From contig OZ024763.1 of NCBI GenBank assembly GCA_964016885.1, positions 17,918,001-17,982,000 on the forward strand: a stretch of DNA of 64,000 nucleotides, read 5' to 3'. The notes under the pieces were generated by a model. The model searched no databases, was not told the DNA's origin, and was given only the letters and a program-made list of their open reading frames with translations. Shown in pieces: positions 1 to 14,344 of the stretch; the stretch's first letter is position 1, and each line of letters opens with the position of its first letter. The translations under genes were made by a program, and so were the position numbers. The stretch comes from Eledone cirrhosa (taxonomy: Eukaryota).

Positions 1-516
1 GTGATGGTGATGGCTGTGGTATTGGTGATGGTGATAGCTGTGGTATTGGTGATGGTGATGGCTGTGGTATTAGTGATGGTGATGGTGATGGTTGTGGTAT
101 TAGTGATGGTGATGGCTGTGGTATTAGTGATGGTGATGGTGATAGCTGTGGTATTGGTGATGGTGATGGCTGTGGTATTAGTGATGGTGATGGTGATGGT
201 TGTGGTATTAGTGATGGTGATGGGTGTTGTGGTCGTGATGGCTATGATGATGGTGATGGCTATGGTATTAGTGATGGTGATGGCTATGGTATTAGTGATG
301 GTGATGGCTGTGGTATTGGTGATGGTTGTGGTATTAGTGATGGTGATGGTGATGGCTGTGGTATTAGTGATGGTGATGGTAGTGATGGTGATGGTGATGG
401 TGAGACAACTGCGGTGATGACAGTTCTCCTGTCTGTATTGAATGAAGTACGAAAGGAAAAGAAGCGTTTCATATCTAAAGATAAAGGTTGATAGTTCTCA
501 CCAAATAAAAAATATA

Positions 517-571
<55 letters not shown>

Positions 572-666
572 CACATATATATATTATATATATATATGTA
601 TATATACACATATATATATATATACACATATATATATTATATATATATATATATGTATATATACAC

Positions 667-708
<42 letters not shown>

Positions 709-713
709 ACACA

Positions 714-760
<47 letters not shown>

Positions 761-799
761 CTATATATATATATATATATACTTGTGTGTATATATATG

Positions 800-870
<71 letters not shown>

Positions 871-1036
871 CATGTGTGTATATATATAGACATATTTATT
901 TATATATATGTGTGTTTATGTATATATACATGTGTGTGTGTGTATATATACATATATATATGTATATATATATATACATATATATACATATATATGTATA
1001 TGTATATATATATATACGTATATATACATATATATA

Positions 1037-1077
<41 letters not shown>

Positions 1078-2132
1078 GTGTATATATATATATATACTTA
1101 AATATATATATAGTTATAGTAATAATAATAAAAAAAAATTATAATTTTTATTAACAAAGAAGTTGAGGTTAAAAAGAAAAGAAAGAGAAAAGACAGGAAA
1201 AAAATGAAAGAAGTCGCGATATAAATGAAGAAGAAAAAAACTATACTGAGGACATTTCAAACAATTTTCTTCAAGAAAAGAAAAATGAACGAGGTGTGGG
1301 GGGGGGTTAGTAATGACGGTGGTGATGGGGATTTTTCGTGATGGTGATGATGATGGTGGTGATGATGATGATTTTCATGGTGAAGATGGTGGCTGCAGGG
1401 ATGTGGGGTGGGGGGAAATGGTGGAGAATTTCTTTTAATCTACAAGAGAGATAAAAAAAAAAATGTTATATTCTCGTTCTTATTGTTATTATTTTTATTA
1501 TTTTTTTTATACTAATTTTTTTATTTTTATTTTTTTTTTTTATACTAATTTTTTTATTATTGGTTGTAATAATGTTATTATTACTAATAATTGTTTCTAC
1601 TTTAGGCACAAGGCCAGCAATTACCCAGTGCATTACTGGTACTTTATTTTATCGACCCCGTAAGGATGAAAGGCAAAGTCAACCTCGGCGGGATTTGAAC
1701 TCAGATCGTAAAGGGACGTAACTATGCTGGAAAGCATGGCGTCCAACCCTCTACCAATACTGCCAATCCACCACCTATTATTACTAATAATAAATTGGCG
1801 GTGGATTGGCAGTATCGGTAGAGGGTCGGACGCCATGCTTTGCAGCATAGAGTTACGGCCCTTGCCATTCTGAGTTCAAATGCCGCCGAGGTTTACTTTG
1901 CCGTTCATCTTTACGGGGGCCGATAAAATATAGTACCAGTCATGCACTGGGGTCGATTTAATCGACTTTCCCCTCCCCCCAAAATTGCTGGCCTTGTGCC
2001 GATATAAGAAATCATTATTATTATTAATAGTAATCGTTAGTATTATTATTGTTTTTATTGCGATTAGAATTATTTTATTACTACTACTACTGTTATTACT
2101 GTTACTACTGCTACTATTACGATTATTACTAT

Positions 2133-2167
<35 letters not shown>

Positions 2168-2619
2168 TTACTACTATTACTACTGTTACTACTGCTACTA
2201 TTACTATCACTACTACTACTACTACTACTATTACTACTACTACTATTACTACTGTTATTACTGTTACTACTGCTACTATTACGATTATTACTATCACTAC
2301 TACTACTACTATTACTACTACTACTACTACTATTACTGTTACTACTGCTACTATACTACTACTACTACTATTACTACTACTACTACTACTATTACTGTTA
2401 CTACTGCTACTATACTACTACTACTACTATTACTACTACTATTACTACTACTACTACTACTACTACTGTTACTACTGCCACTATTACTACTGCTACTATT
2501 ACGATTATTACTATCACTACTACTACTACTACTACTATTACTATTACTACTACTACTACTACTACTACTACTGCTACTACTACTACTATTACTACTGCTA
2601 CTATTACGATTATTACTAT

Positions 2620-2651
<32 letters not shown>

Positions 2652-2750
2652 TTACTATTACTACTACTATTACGATTATTACTATCACTACTACTATTAC
2701 TACTACTACTATTACTATGACTACTAGTATTATTACTATTATATTATTAC
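1..2750. repeat. Simple-repeat block: (GTGATG)n, (AT)n/(AC)n, (ACT)n
   Basis: Seen directly. Similar blocks at 4360-4940, 9760-10330, 10860-13020, 18580-19400, 19770-20045, 35500-36020, 37250-37560, 52205-52445. Confidence 0.95.
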
Positions 2751-2949
2751 TTTGGCAGAATCGGTAGAGCGACTGACGCCATGCTTTGCAGAAGAGTTAT
2801 GGCCCTTTGCGGTCTGAGTTCAAATCCCACCGAGGTTAACTTTTTCTTTCATCCTTACCGGGGTCGATAAAATAAAGTACCAGTAATACACTGGGGTAAT
2901 TTCTGGCCTTGTGCCAAAAGTAGAGACAATTACTATTATTATTATTATT

Positions 2950-3800
2950 ATTGGAGTCTCAGTCATTGATGTTAGTTAACTGGAAAGTTTGTTAAAATGA
3001 ACATCAAGTCGCTACCTGCAGCCTCAGATACTCCTCACAATGCATCGAAGTGTTCTTGCCGTTCCCAGTAGGCATGCCTTTTGAAGTGTTCCAAAAAAGG
3101 GGGCTGGACTAATGTTCTTTAACCATTCTTGAAAACTCTTCGAGATAGTACCTAGTTCTCCTATGACAATTGGGATGACCTTGACCTCATGGCAGTCCCA
3201 AAATCCTTTTTAATTCCCACTTCAAATCCTGGTATCGGTTAATTTTCTCCTTTTCTTGCACTCTTGTGTCAAAGGGGCCAGCTACATCTACAATCAGGCA
3301 CAATCTTTTTTACTTGTCAAAAACCACCAGGTCAGGTCTACTGAGTTCTAATTTCTTGTCTGTCTGTATCCTGAAATCCCATAGCACCTTCACTTGATCG
3401 TTTTCTATCACCAACTCTGGCTTATGCTCAGACTTCTATCACCAACTCTGGCTTATGCTCAGACTTCTATCACCAACTCTGGCTTATGTTCAGACTTTTA
3501 TCACCAACTCTGGCTTATGTTCAGACTTTTATCACCAACTCTGGCTTATGTTCAGACTTCTATCACCAACTCTGGCTTATGTTCAGACTTCTATCACCAA
3601 CTATGGCTTATGCTCAGACCTCTATCACCAACTCTGGCTTATGCTCAGACTTCTATCACCAACTCTGGCTTATGCTCAGACTTCTATCACCAACTCTGGC
3701 TTATGCTCAGACTTCTGTCACCAACTCTGGCTTATACTCAGACTTCTATCACCAACTCTGGCTTATGCTCATACCACTTCTCAGAATATGGTAAACTATT
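2950..3800 (-). mobile_element. 3' fragment of an R4/Dong-like (RLE) non-LTR retrotransposon, interrupted by a 31-bp array
   Basis: Minus translation KWYEHKPELVIENDQVKVLWDFRIQTDKKLELSRPDLVVFDK*...IVDVA.PFD...KEKI.RYQDL...VIPIVIGELG...LQKACLLGTA, ending in (AAT)n. Confidence 0.85.
3403..3770. repeat. 31-bp minisatellite, about 12 copies
   Basis: Unit TTCTATCACCAACTCTGGCTTATGCTCAGAC. Confidence 0.95.
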
Positions 3801-4550
3801 TACCGCATTTCCCGGTGTCGAAGATGCTACTTTTTTCCTAAAATAAATCTCAAAAGTCTACCCTGCGTCCTGGGAGCCGAAGGTTGTTTATTATTTATTT
3901 CAGTGGATTGGCAGTATCGGTAGAGGGTCGGATACCATGCTTTGACGCATAGAGTTACAGCCCTTTACGTTCTGAGTTCAAATCCCACCGAGGTTAACTT
4001 TTCCTTTCATCCTTACGGGGTCGATAAAATAAAGTACCAGTAATGCGCTGGGGTAATTGCTGGCCTTGTGCCAAAAGTAGAAACAATTATTTAACATAAA
4101 AATTTAAAGTAATAATATTGGTGGTGAATTTTATTTTGTTATTAGTATTATTCCATTAATACTATTATCCTTACTATCATTATTATTTTTATTATTTTTA
4201 TTATTTAAATATAAAATAATAATATTGCTGGTGACCTTTATTTTTATTTTTGTATTTTTTATATTTTATTTTATTTTATTTTGTTCGTTTTTTTCCAATT
4301 TATTAATTTTAGATTCCAATATTTCAAACAAAAAAAATGTCTAATACAACTGTAATGTTTGTGTCTGTGTATGTTGTCTGTATGTGTGTGTGTGTGTGTG
4401 TGTGTATGTGTGTGTGTGTGTGTGTGTGTGTATGTGAGTGTGTGTGTATGTGTGTGTGTGTATGTATGTGTGTGTGTATGTTGTCTGCATGTATGTGAGT
4501 GTGTGTGTATGTATGTGTATGTTGTTTCTAGTATATATATGTTGTCTGTA

Positions 4551-4604
<54 letters not shown>

Positions 4605-5220
4605 ATGTGTGTATGTGTTAGTGTGTGTATATATGTTGTCTAGTATATGTATGTTGTCTGTAGTATATGTGTGTGTGTCTGAATGTGTGTATGTTGTCAG
4701 TAGTATGTGTGTGAGTGTGTGTCTGTGTGTGTATGTCTGTAGTCTGTGTGCATGAATGTGTGTGTCTCTGTGTGTATGTGTGTGTGTCTCGCTAGTCTGT
4801 GTATGAGTGTGTATGTGTGTCTCTCGCTAGTCTGTGTATGAGTGTGTATGTGTGTCTCTCTCTAGTCTTTGTATGAGTGTGTGTGTCTCTCTCTAGTCTG
4901 TGTATGAGTGTGTGTGTATGTCTCTCTCTAGTCTGTGTGTCTACTTCTCATCATGTGGTCTGTATAGATCTCTGTATAAGTATGTATCTGTGATTGTTGA
5001 CTCAGCCCCTAATTCTACCAGACCCAGCTCAGCCCCTAATTCTATCAGACCTAGACCAGCCCCTAATTCTACCATACTCTATATCTAGTCCTGAAACGCT
5101 CCTTCCAGCAGGCCCTGTCAGAAGCAACCATCTCCAACTGGTTCAGCTGGATTCTCAAGCCAGACCAGCTAAGCTCATCATCATCATCATCTTCGTTTAA
5201 CGTCCATCTTCCACGCTAGC

Positions 5221-5660
5221 ATGGGTTAGCTCATGGATGTTATCCAACCATCTTGCTCAGGGTTGGTCAATCCCCTGGCTCTCCTGCCAGTTGGTTTTGC
5301 CAGTAAAATCTGTCCAGTGATTCTGTCCTGAGACATTCCGACTCCATGCCTCAGAGCTGTGATCTCTCAATTCGGAGAAGTAGTGGCTCTACCTGGAGTG
5401 ACTCTCTGATCTCCACGGTATGCACGCTATCGGGTAACGTTACTCCAGAGACCCTTCAGAAGAACCCCATTTCAGTCACTTCTATTTGTGATCGTATTCT
5501 TTTGGTCATTACCCAAGATTCATGACCACGGTTTTCTTGTTGGTTGGTTTTTGCTTGTAAAAATCTGTCCAGTGATTCTTTGCTGGGACATTCTGACCAC
5601 ATGTCCATAATACCAGAGCTGTGGTTTCTCAATTCGGAGAAGTAGCGGCTCTATCTGGAG
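5221..5660 (-). mobile_element. Degraded RTE-clade LINE fragment (C-terminal to RT), partly duplicated
   Basis: Minus translation SWVMTKRIRSQIEVTEMGF..RVSGVT...EIRESLQVEPLLLRIERSQL and QLWYYGHVVRM...KPTGRR. Confidence 0.8.
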
Positions 5661-8598
5661 ATGGTCAAACCACATGTCCATAATACCAGAGCTGTGGTTT
5701 CTCAATTCGGAGAAGTAGCGGCTCTATCTGGAGATGGTCAAACCACATGTCCATAATACCAGAGCTGTGGTTTCTCAATTCGGAGAAGTAGCGGCTCTAT
5801 CTGGAGATGGTCAAACCACATGTCCATAATACCAGAGCTGTGGTTTCTCAATTCAGAGAAGTAGTGGCTCTATCTGGAGATGGTCAAACCACATGTCCAT
5901 AATACCAGAGCTGTGGTTTCTCAATTCGGAGAAGTAGCGGCTCTATCTGGAGATGGTCAAACCACATGTCCATAATACCAGAGCTGTGGTTTCTCAATTC
6001 GGAGAAGTAGCGGCTCTATCTGGAGATGGTCAAACCACATGTCCATAATACCAGAGCTGTGGTTTCTCAATTCAGAGAAGTAGTGGCTCTATCTGGAGAT
6101 GGTCAAACCACATGTCCATAATACCAGAGCTGTGGTTTCTCAATTCAGAGAAGTAGTGGCTCTATCTGGAGATGGTCAAACCACATGTCCATAATACCAG
6201 AGCTGTGGTTTCTCAATTCAGAGAAGTAGTGGCTCTATCTGGAGATGGTCAAACCACATGTCCATAATACCAGAGCTGTGGTTTCTCAATTCAGAGAAGT
6301 AGTGGCTCTATCTGGAGATGGTCAAACCACATGTCCATAATACCAGAGCTGTGGTTTCTCAATTCAGAGAAGTAGTGGCTCTATCTGGAGATGGTCAAAC
6401 CACATGTCCATAATACCAGAGCTGTGGTTTCTCAATTCAGAGAAGTAGTGGCTCTATCTGGAGATGGTCAAACCACATGTCCATAATACCAGAGCTGTGG
6501 TTTCTCAATTCAGAGAAGTAGCGGCTTTATCTGGAGATGGTCAAACCACATGTCCATAATACCAGAGCTGTGGTTTCTCAATTCAGAGAAGTAGCGGCTC
6601 TATCTGGAGATGGTCAAACCACATGTCCATAATACCAGAGCTGTGGTTTCTCAATTCAGAGAAGTAGCGGCTTTATCTGGAGATGGTCAAACCACATGTC
6701 CATAATACCAGAGCTGTGGTTTCTCAATTCAGAGAAGTAGCGGCTCTATCTGGAGATGGTCAAACCACATGTCCATAATACCAGAGCTGTGGTTTCTCAA
6801 TTCAGAGAAGTAGCGGCTCTATCTGGAGATGGTCAAACCACATGTCCATAATACCAGAGCTGTGGTTTCTCAATTCAGAGAAGTAGCGGCTCTATCTGGA
6901 GATGGTCAAACCACATGTCCATAATACCAGAGCTGTGGTTTCTCAATTCGGAGAAGTAGCGGCTCTATCTGGAGATGGTCAAACCACATGTCCATAATAC
7001 CAGAGCTGTGGTTTCTCAATTCAGAGAAGTAGTGGCTCTATCTGGAGATGGTCAAACCACATGTCCATAATACCAGAGCTGTGGTTTCTCAATTCGGAGA
7101 AGTAGCGGCTCTATCTGGAGATGGTCAAACCACATGTCCATAATACCAGAGCTGTGGTTTCTCAATTCAGAGAAATAGCGGCTCTATCTGGAGATGGTCA
7201 AACCACATGTCCATAATACCTGAGCTGTGGTTTCTCAATTCAGAGAAGTAGCGGCTCTATCTGGAGATGGTCAAACCACATGTCCATAATACCAGAGCTG
7301 TGGTTTCTCAATTCAGAGAAGTAGCGGCTCTATCTGGAGATGGTCAAACCACATGTCCATAATACCAGAGCTGTGGTTTCTCAATTCGGAGAAGTAGTGG
7401 CTCTATCTGGAGATGGTCAAACCACATGTCCATAATACCAGAGCTGTGGTTTCTCAATTCGGAGAAGTAGCGGCTCTATCTGGAGATGGTCAAACCACAT
7501 GTCCATAATACCAGAGCTGTGGTTTCTCAATTCAGAGAAATAGCGGCTCTATCTGGAGATGGTCAAACCACATGTCCATAATACCAGAGCTGTGGTTTCT
7601 CAATTCAGAGAAGTAGCGGCTCTATCTGGAGATGGTCAAACCACATGTCCATAATACCAGAGCTGTGGTTTCTCAATTCGGAGAAGTAGTGGCTCTATCT
7701 GGAGATGGTCAAACCACATGTCCATAATACCAGAGCTGTGGTTTCTCAATTCGGAGAAGTAGTGGCTCTATCTGGAGATGGTCAAACCACATGTCCATAA
7801 TACCAGAGCTGTGGTTTCTCAATTCGGAGAAGTAGCGGCTCTATCTGGAGATGGTCAAACCACATGTCCATAATACCAGAGCTGTGGTTTCTCAATTCGG
7901 AGAAGTAGTGGCTCTATCTGGAGATGGTCAAACCACATGTCCATAATACCAGAGCTGTGGTTTCTCAATTCGGAGAAGTAGTGGCTCTATCTGGAGATGG
8001 TCAAACCACATGTCCATAATACCAGAGCTGTGGTTTCTCAATTCGGAGAAGTAGTGGCTCTATCTGGAGATGGTCAAACCACATGTCCATAATACCAGAG
8101 CTGTGGTTTCTCAATTCAGAGAAATAGCGGCTCTATCTGGAGATGGTCAAACCACATGTCCATAATACCAGAGCTGTGGTTTCTCAATTCAGAGAAGTAG
8201 CGGCTCTATCTGGAGATGGTCAAACCACATGTCCATAATACCAGAGCTGTGGTTTCTCAATTCGGAGAAGTAGTGGCTCTATCTGGAGATGGTCAAACCA
8301 CATGTCCATAATACCAGAGCTGTGGTTTCTCAATTCGGAGAAGTAGTGGCTCTATCTGGAGATGGTCAAACCACATGTCCATAATACCAGAGCTGTGGTT
8401 TCTCAATTCGGAGAAGTAGCGGCTCTATCTGGAGATGGTCAAACCACATGTCCATAATACCAGAGCTGTGGTTTCTCAATTCGGAGAAGTAGTGGCTCTA
8501 TCTGGAGATGGTCAAACCACATGTCCATAATACCAGAGCTGTGGTTTCTCAATTCAGAGAAATAGTGGCTCTATCTGGAGATGGTCAAACCACATGTC
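5596..8598. repeat. 73-bp satellite, about 41 near-identical copies
   Basis: Unit CACATGTCCATAATACCAGAGCTGTGGTTTCTCAATTCRGAGAAGTAGYGGCTCTATCTGGAGATGGTCAAAC. Confidence 0.97.
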
Positions 8599-9070
8599 TG
8601 TCTGTAGTAGCTCTACCTGAAGATGGTCAAACCACATGTCTGTCTGTAGTAGCTCTACCTGAAGATGGTCAAACCACATGTCTGTCTGTAGTAGCTCTAC
8701 CTGAAGATGGTCAAACCACATGTCTGTCTGTAGCAGCTCTACCTGAAGATGGTCAAACCACATGTCTGTCTGTAGTAGCTCTACCTGAAGATGGTCAAAC
8801 CACATGTCTGTCTGTAGTAGCTCTACCTGAAGATGGTCAAACCACATGTCTGTCTGTAGCAGCTCTACCTGAAGATGGTCAAACCACATGTCTGTCTGTA
8901 GTAGCTCTACCTGAAGATGGTCAAACCACATGTCTGTCTGTAGCAGCTCTACCTGAAGATGGTCAAACCACATGTCTGTCTGTAGTAGCTCTACCTGAAG
9001 ATGGTCAAACCACATGTCTGTCTGTAGTAGCTCTACCTGAAGATGGTCAAACCACATGTCTGTCTGTAGT
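8581..9070. repeat. 42-bp minisatellite, about 12 copies
   Basis: Unit ATGGTCAAACCACATGTCTGTCTGTAGTAGCTCTACCTGAAG. Confidence 0.95.
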
Positions 9071-10666
9071 ATGACATTCTTGTACTACATATTCCTATAA
9101 GTTAAAATTAAAAAAAAAAACATGGGGAATCTTTTTAGATGGATTTTTTATTGTTTTTTTTTTTGTTTTATGCATGGGGACTGGATACCAGCCACTACAC
9201 ACCAGCCACCATAAACACCCACCAAATACATTATGATAAAAGTAAACGGTCAACACTATCATGTCACCCCATAAGACATTCTCCTATATTCTGGCAAATT
9301 TTAAAAAAAAAAAAAAAGGAAGGCACAGCTTCCCCCCCACACACACACACTAACATACACACACAAACACACAACTCCCACAGACACACAAACATACATA
9401 ACTACTTCCTCTCCCACACACACACAACTTCCCCACCACCACCACCACCACCACCACCACCACACAAATAAGATAAACCACCAGCAGATGTTGTTTTGCA
9501 ATTTTTCTTTTTCTTGTTTTTTCCTCATCTTTTCATCTTTTCATTTCATTTCGTCTGTAATTTATCATTATCATTATCATCATTATTATTATTATTATCA
9601 TTATTATTATTGTTATCATCATTATTATTATTTTTCTTTTAATTAAGTTGTAAGAGACGTAAAAACATGGAATTAGATGCGAAGGATTTCTATATTTGTC
9701 AGTGTTTCAGGTTTAATGTCTGGCATAATGGTAGACAGAGGAATGGTTGTCAGTGAGGGTGGTGGTGTGGTGGTGTGGTGGTGTGGTGGTGGTGGTGATT
9801 GCGGTGATGGTAAGGATGGTGGTAATAGTGATGGTGATAGTGATGGTGATGGTGGTGGTGAGGGTGATAATGATGGTGATGATGATGGTGGTGGTGGTGG
9901 TGGTGATGGTAGTGGTGGTGATGGTGATAGTGATGGTGATGGTGGTGGTGAGGGTGATAATGATGGTGATGATGATGATGGTGGTGGTGGTGATGATGGT
10001 AGTGGTAGTGGTGGTGATGGGACGGTGATGGTAATGATGGTGGTAATAGTTACGGTGATAGTGATGGTGATGGTAAGGGTGGTGGTGAGGGTGATAATAG
10101 CGATGGTGGTGATGGTGGTGATGTGACGGTGATGATTGTGGTCATGGTGATGACGAGGGAGGGGGGGGGGTATTACTGATGGTGATGGTAAGGGTGGTGG
10201 TGAGGGTGATAAGGATGGTGGAGATAGTGATGGTGGTGCTGATGGCGATGATGGTGGTGATGATGGTGAGGGTGGTGGTGAGAGTGATGATGGTGATAGT
10301 GAGGCGTGTGGTGATGATGATGATGATGGTGGTAATTTTTTGAGGGGGGTAGGGCTCACCCCCTCCCCAAGCAAGGCAATAAAGCTACTAAAATACCAGG
10401 GGGTGACTGAGAAGGGAGAAATACTAAGACAGAGCAATCATAATTGAAGGAGAGAGAGAGAGAGAGAATTTATGTTGATAATGGAGGTGATGATGATGAT
10501 GGAGATGATGATGGGTGATGGGTGATGGCATTAAAGGTGATGAAGGGGATAATGAGCTGATGATGGTAATGATAATGATGGTGATGATGGTGGTGTGGGG
10601 ATGGAGGCAAAATATGCAAAACCAAAGAGAAAAGTTAATGACTCAATAGCAAAACCAGCAAAACAG

Positions 10667-10702
<36 letters not shown>

Positions 10703-10871
10703 AAAAAGTATGACCCCGACGGCAGAGCTCAAGCCGTTTCGACGGCTATTTCTGGAGTTCATAAATACTTTTTCTTATTTCCCACTCTACTACCCTAAGT
10801 ATTGAGTACTCTGGTGCGTTATGGTCCATCTGGTCCCTTACCACAATTCCTTTGTTATATATATATGTATA

Positions 10872-10951
<80 letters not shown>

Positions 10952-11166
10952 TATATATATATATAAATATATATGAATATATATATATATATATATATAT
11001 ATGAATATATATATAGAGTATCTGTTCCAGCCGCAATCTTCTATTTGTCAAGCTGTCTAAACGTAATGTTATTACTCTAAGGTAAAAACTACCTTATTGA
11101 GTGCTTAGCTGCACATTCCGGATTGCATTCGTTAGCTTAGCTGCAGCCAGAGCTTTGATTCTACTG

Positions 11167-11227
<61 letters not shown>

Positions 11228-11517
11228 GAGGAGGTTATAGTTCACTTGAAGCATTGTGTAATGAGGTATAAACGTTAGAATATGTGTAATAAGGCCAAGA
11301 CAATGCAGGTATGGACATAGAAAAAAGAATGCAATAGTGAAAGATATTGAAGTGAATTCGTCTTTCACCTTGAATTTATTTAGATGTCCTTAATTTTCGA
11401 GATAATATCTCTTCTTCGGAGGGAAGTAAAGGTCTCAAACCAGCGTCTTAAAATCTCTAATCAAGCCATGCTGACCGGAAATAGTATAGAGTATCTGTTC
11501 TAACTTTAATATCAAAG

Positions 11518-11558
<41 letters not shown>

Positions 11559-11731
11559 AATATATATATATATATATACATATATACATATATATACATA
11601 TATATATATATATACACAGTTCAAGAGTAACCAATCTTAAAGAGAGAGATGGAGATAGGAGAGGAGAGATTGGTGAATTAGTTAGAAGCCAAAGCTTTGA
11701 TTCTACTGAACTTCCATTTGTATATGCAGAC

Positions 11732-11762
<31 letters not shown>

Positions 11763-11809
11763 CACGTACATACACACATATGTATAAATACACACAAACA
11801 TGCACATTC

Positions 11810-11840
<31 letters not shown>

Positions 11841-11849
11841 TATTCACAA

Positions 11850-11931
<82 letters not shown>

Positions 11932-12353
11932 GCACACACTCACAAAAACATGTATATACATACACATACATTATATATACATTCATATATCTATCTATAT
12001 GTATACGTCTTACATACACACACACACGCGCATACTTATACATACACACACATATATATATATACATATATACATACACATGTACACACCAACAATCTTT
12101 CCATCTTATTTATTTAAAAAGAAAAAAATATTACCAAAATAAAGACCAAAAGTAGCTTAGTCGATTTATGTGTGGGCTGTTTGTAAAGAAAGAAGATGAA
12201 GGAAGAAAGAGACGAAGAAGAAAAAAAAGAACGATGAAATATATATATTAAAAAAAACAATGTAATAAATATACATAACAACAACAATGACAAAAACACA
12301 GCAAAAAAACAATAACAGCAAAAGCCAGATCTATAAACCTTACCAACTTTGTG

Positions 12354-12390
<37 letters not shown>

Positions 12391-12780
12391 TATATGTATA
12401 TATATACTATATGTATATATATACTATATGTATATATATATACTATATATATCTATATACTATATATATATATATACTATATATATATATATACTATATG
12501 TATATATATATTATATATATATAAGTATATATATACACACACACACATATATATATATATACACACACACATATATATATATATATACACACACACATAT
12601 ATATATATATATATACACACACACATATATATATATATACACACACACATATATACACACACATATATATATATATACACACACACATACATATACACAT
12701 ACACACATATATATATATATATACACACACACATATATATATACACATACACACATATATATATATACACACACACACAC

Positions 12781-12821
<41 letters not shown>

Positions 12822-12880
12822 CGCACACACACACATATAAATACGCACACACACACACATATATATATACACACACACAC

Positions 12881-12925
<45 letters not shown>

Positions 12926-12962
12926 CACACACACATACATATATATACACACACATATATAT

Positions 12963-13018
<56 letters not shown>

Positions 13019-13419
13019 GTATATACTAAACTGTACTTTCTTATTTGATACCATTTTTCCGGAATCAAACCCTTCTTAATTGTGTCTACCATAATACTGT
13101 TGGTTTTTTTTTCTGTTTTTTTTTTTAAACAAAATAAGTAATAAAAAAAAAAAAGAATTAGTTCAGTCCCTGGGTCTTTTTTTAATTTTTTTTAATTTAA
13201 AAAAATTATTTTTTAAATATTTTTTTTTATTTTTTTTTTCCAAACAAATAAATTGGCTGCTGAATTGAAAAAGATGTTGGTTGGACAGACTGTCATGTGA
13301 TGGACAGGTTTTGTTTTATTATGTTTTGTTTTTTTTCTTTAAAAAAAAACAAATTAAATTTTTTAAAAGCATTAGTTTGGTCTGGGTCCTTTTTTTTTTT
13401 TTTGCTAACAAATAAAACA

Positions 13420-14270
13420 AACAAACAGATGGATGGATGTTGGTTGGATGGATTGACATGATGGACTGATTTTAGATTGAGAGATAGATATTGGTTGAGT
13501 GGACGGGTAGATAACAGACAGACAGTTGATGACAGACAGATTTTGGATTGACAGACTTTGGATTGTTGAATGAACTGGTGGATAGATGTCGGTCTGATGG
13601 ATGATGGACAGATTTTGGACTGACAGATTGACAACAGGCAGATTGACGGTTGGACAGACGGATAATGGACTGAAGCATAGATAGATGATGGTTGGACGGA
13701 CTGTCGCGATGGACAGATTTTAGATTGACAGACAGACAACAAACAAACAAACAGATGGACTGAGGGATTGACTGATGGATGGATGGATGTTAGTTTGACG
13801 GACTGACATGTGACGGACAGATTTTAGTTGGATGGACAGATGGATGACAGACAGATGGCTGATGACGGTCAGATTTTGGATTGACAGACAGATTGAGGGT
13901 TAGACTGATGGATAATGAACTGAAAGGTGGATGGATGTTGGTTTGACAGACTGACATGATGGACAGATTTTGGATTGACAACAGGCAGATTGACAGTTGG
14001 ACTGAAGGGTGAATAGATGTTGGTTGGACAGACCAACGGACGGATTTTGGATTGACAGATTGACAACAGGCAGATGGATAATAGACTGAAGGGTTGCTGG
14101 ATGTTGGTTGGACAGACTGACATGATGGACAGATTTTGGATTGGTGGATGGATGGATGTCAGTTGGAAGGACGGATAGTAGACTGACGGATGATGGGCAA
14201 ACGGATTTGGGATTGACGGACGGATGTTGGACAAATGGACAGGTGGATGTCAGATTGACATATGGATGTC
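13420..14270. repeat. Degenerate GACA/GATG-rich repeat
   Basis: Recurrent GACAGATTTTGGATTGACAG and GGATGTTGGTTGGACAGACTGACATG motifs. Confidence 0.75.
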
Positions 14271-14344
14271 ACGCTGCCGAACAAACAAGCAACAACAACA
14301 TTCATGATAGGCTTAATTGTTTTTTTTACCATAATACCATATAA

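Noticed and set aside
1-2767. Long ORFs (poly-MV, YI, L, T)
   Set aside because: Translations of microsatellites, as are those at 11400-13100, 19700-20100 and 35550-36110.
5596-9070. Regular arrays as a possible CRISPR locus
   Set aside because: Pure tandem monomers with no unique spacers and no cas genes, in a eukaryotic intron-exon context. The same applies to the 23-, 24- and 85-bp arrays.
8508-9074. Repeat protein (VVALPEDGQTTCLS)n, and similar ORFs at 23900-25500
   Set aside because: Open frames arise because unit lengths (42, 24) are multiples of 3; no splice context or recognisable domain.
9673-10437. 254-aa Pro/Ser-rich extensin-like ORF
   Set aside because: Mostly (CAC/CAT)n low complexity and changes character at a poly-G run; not supportable as coding without transcripts.
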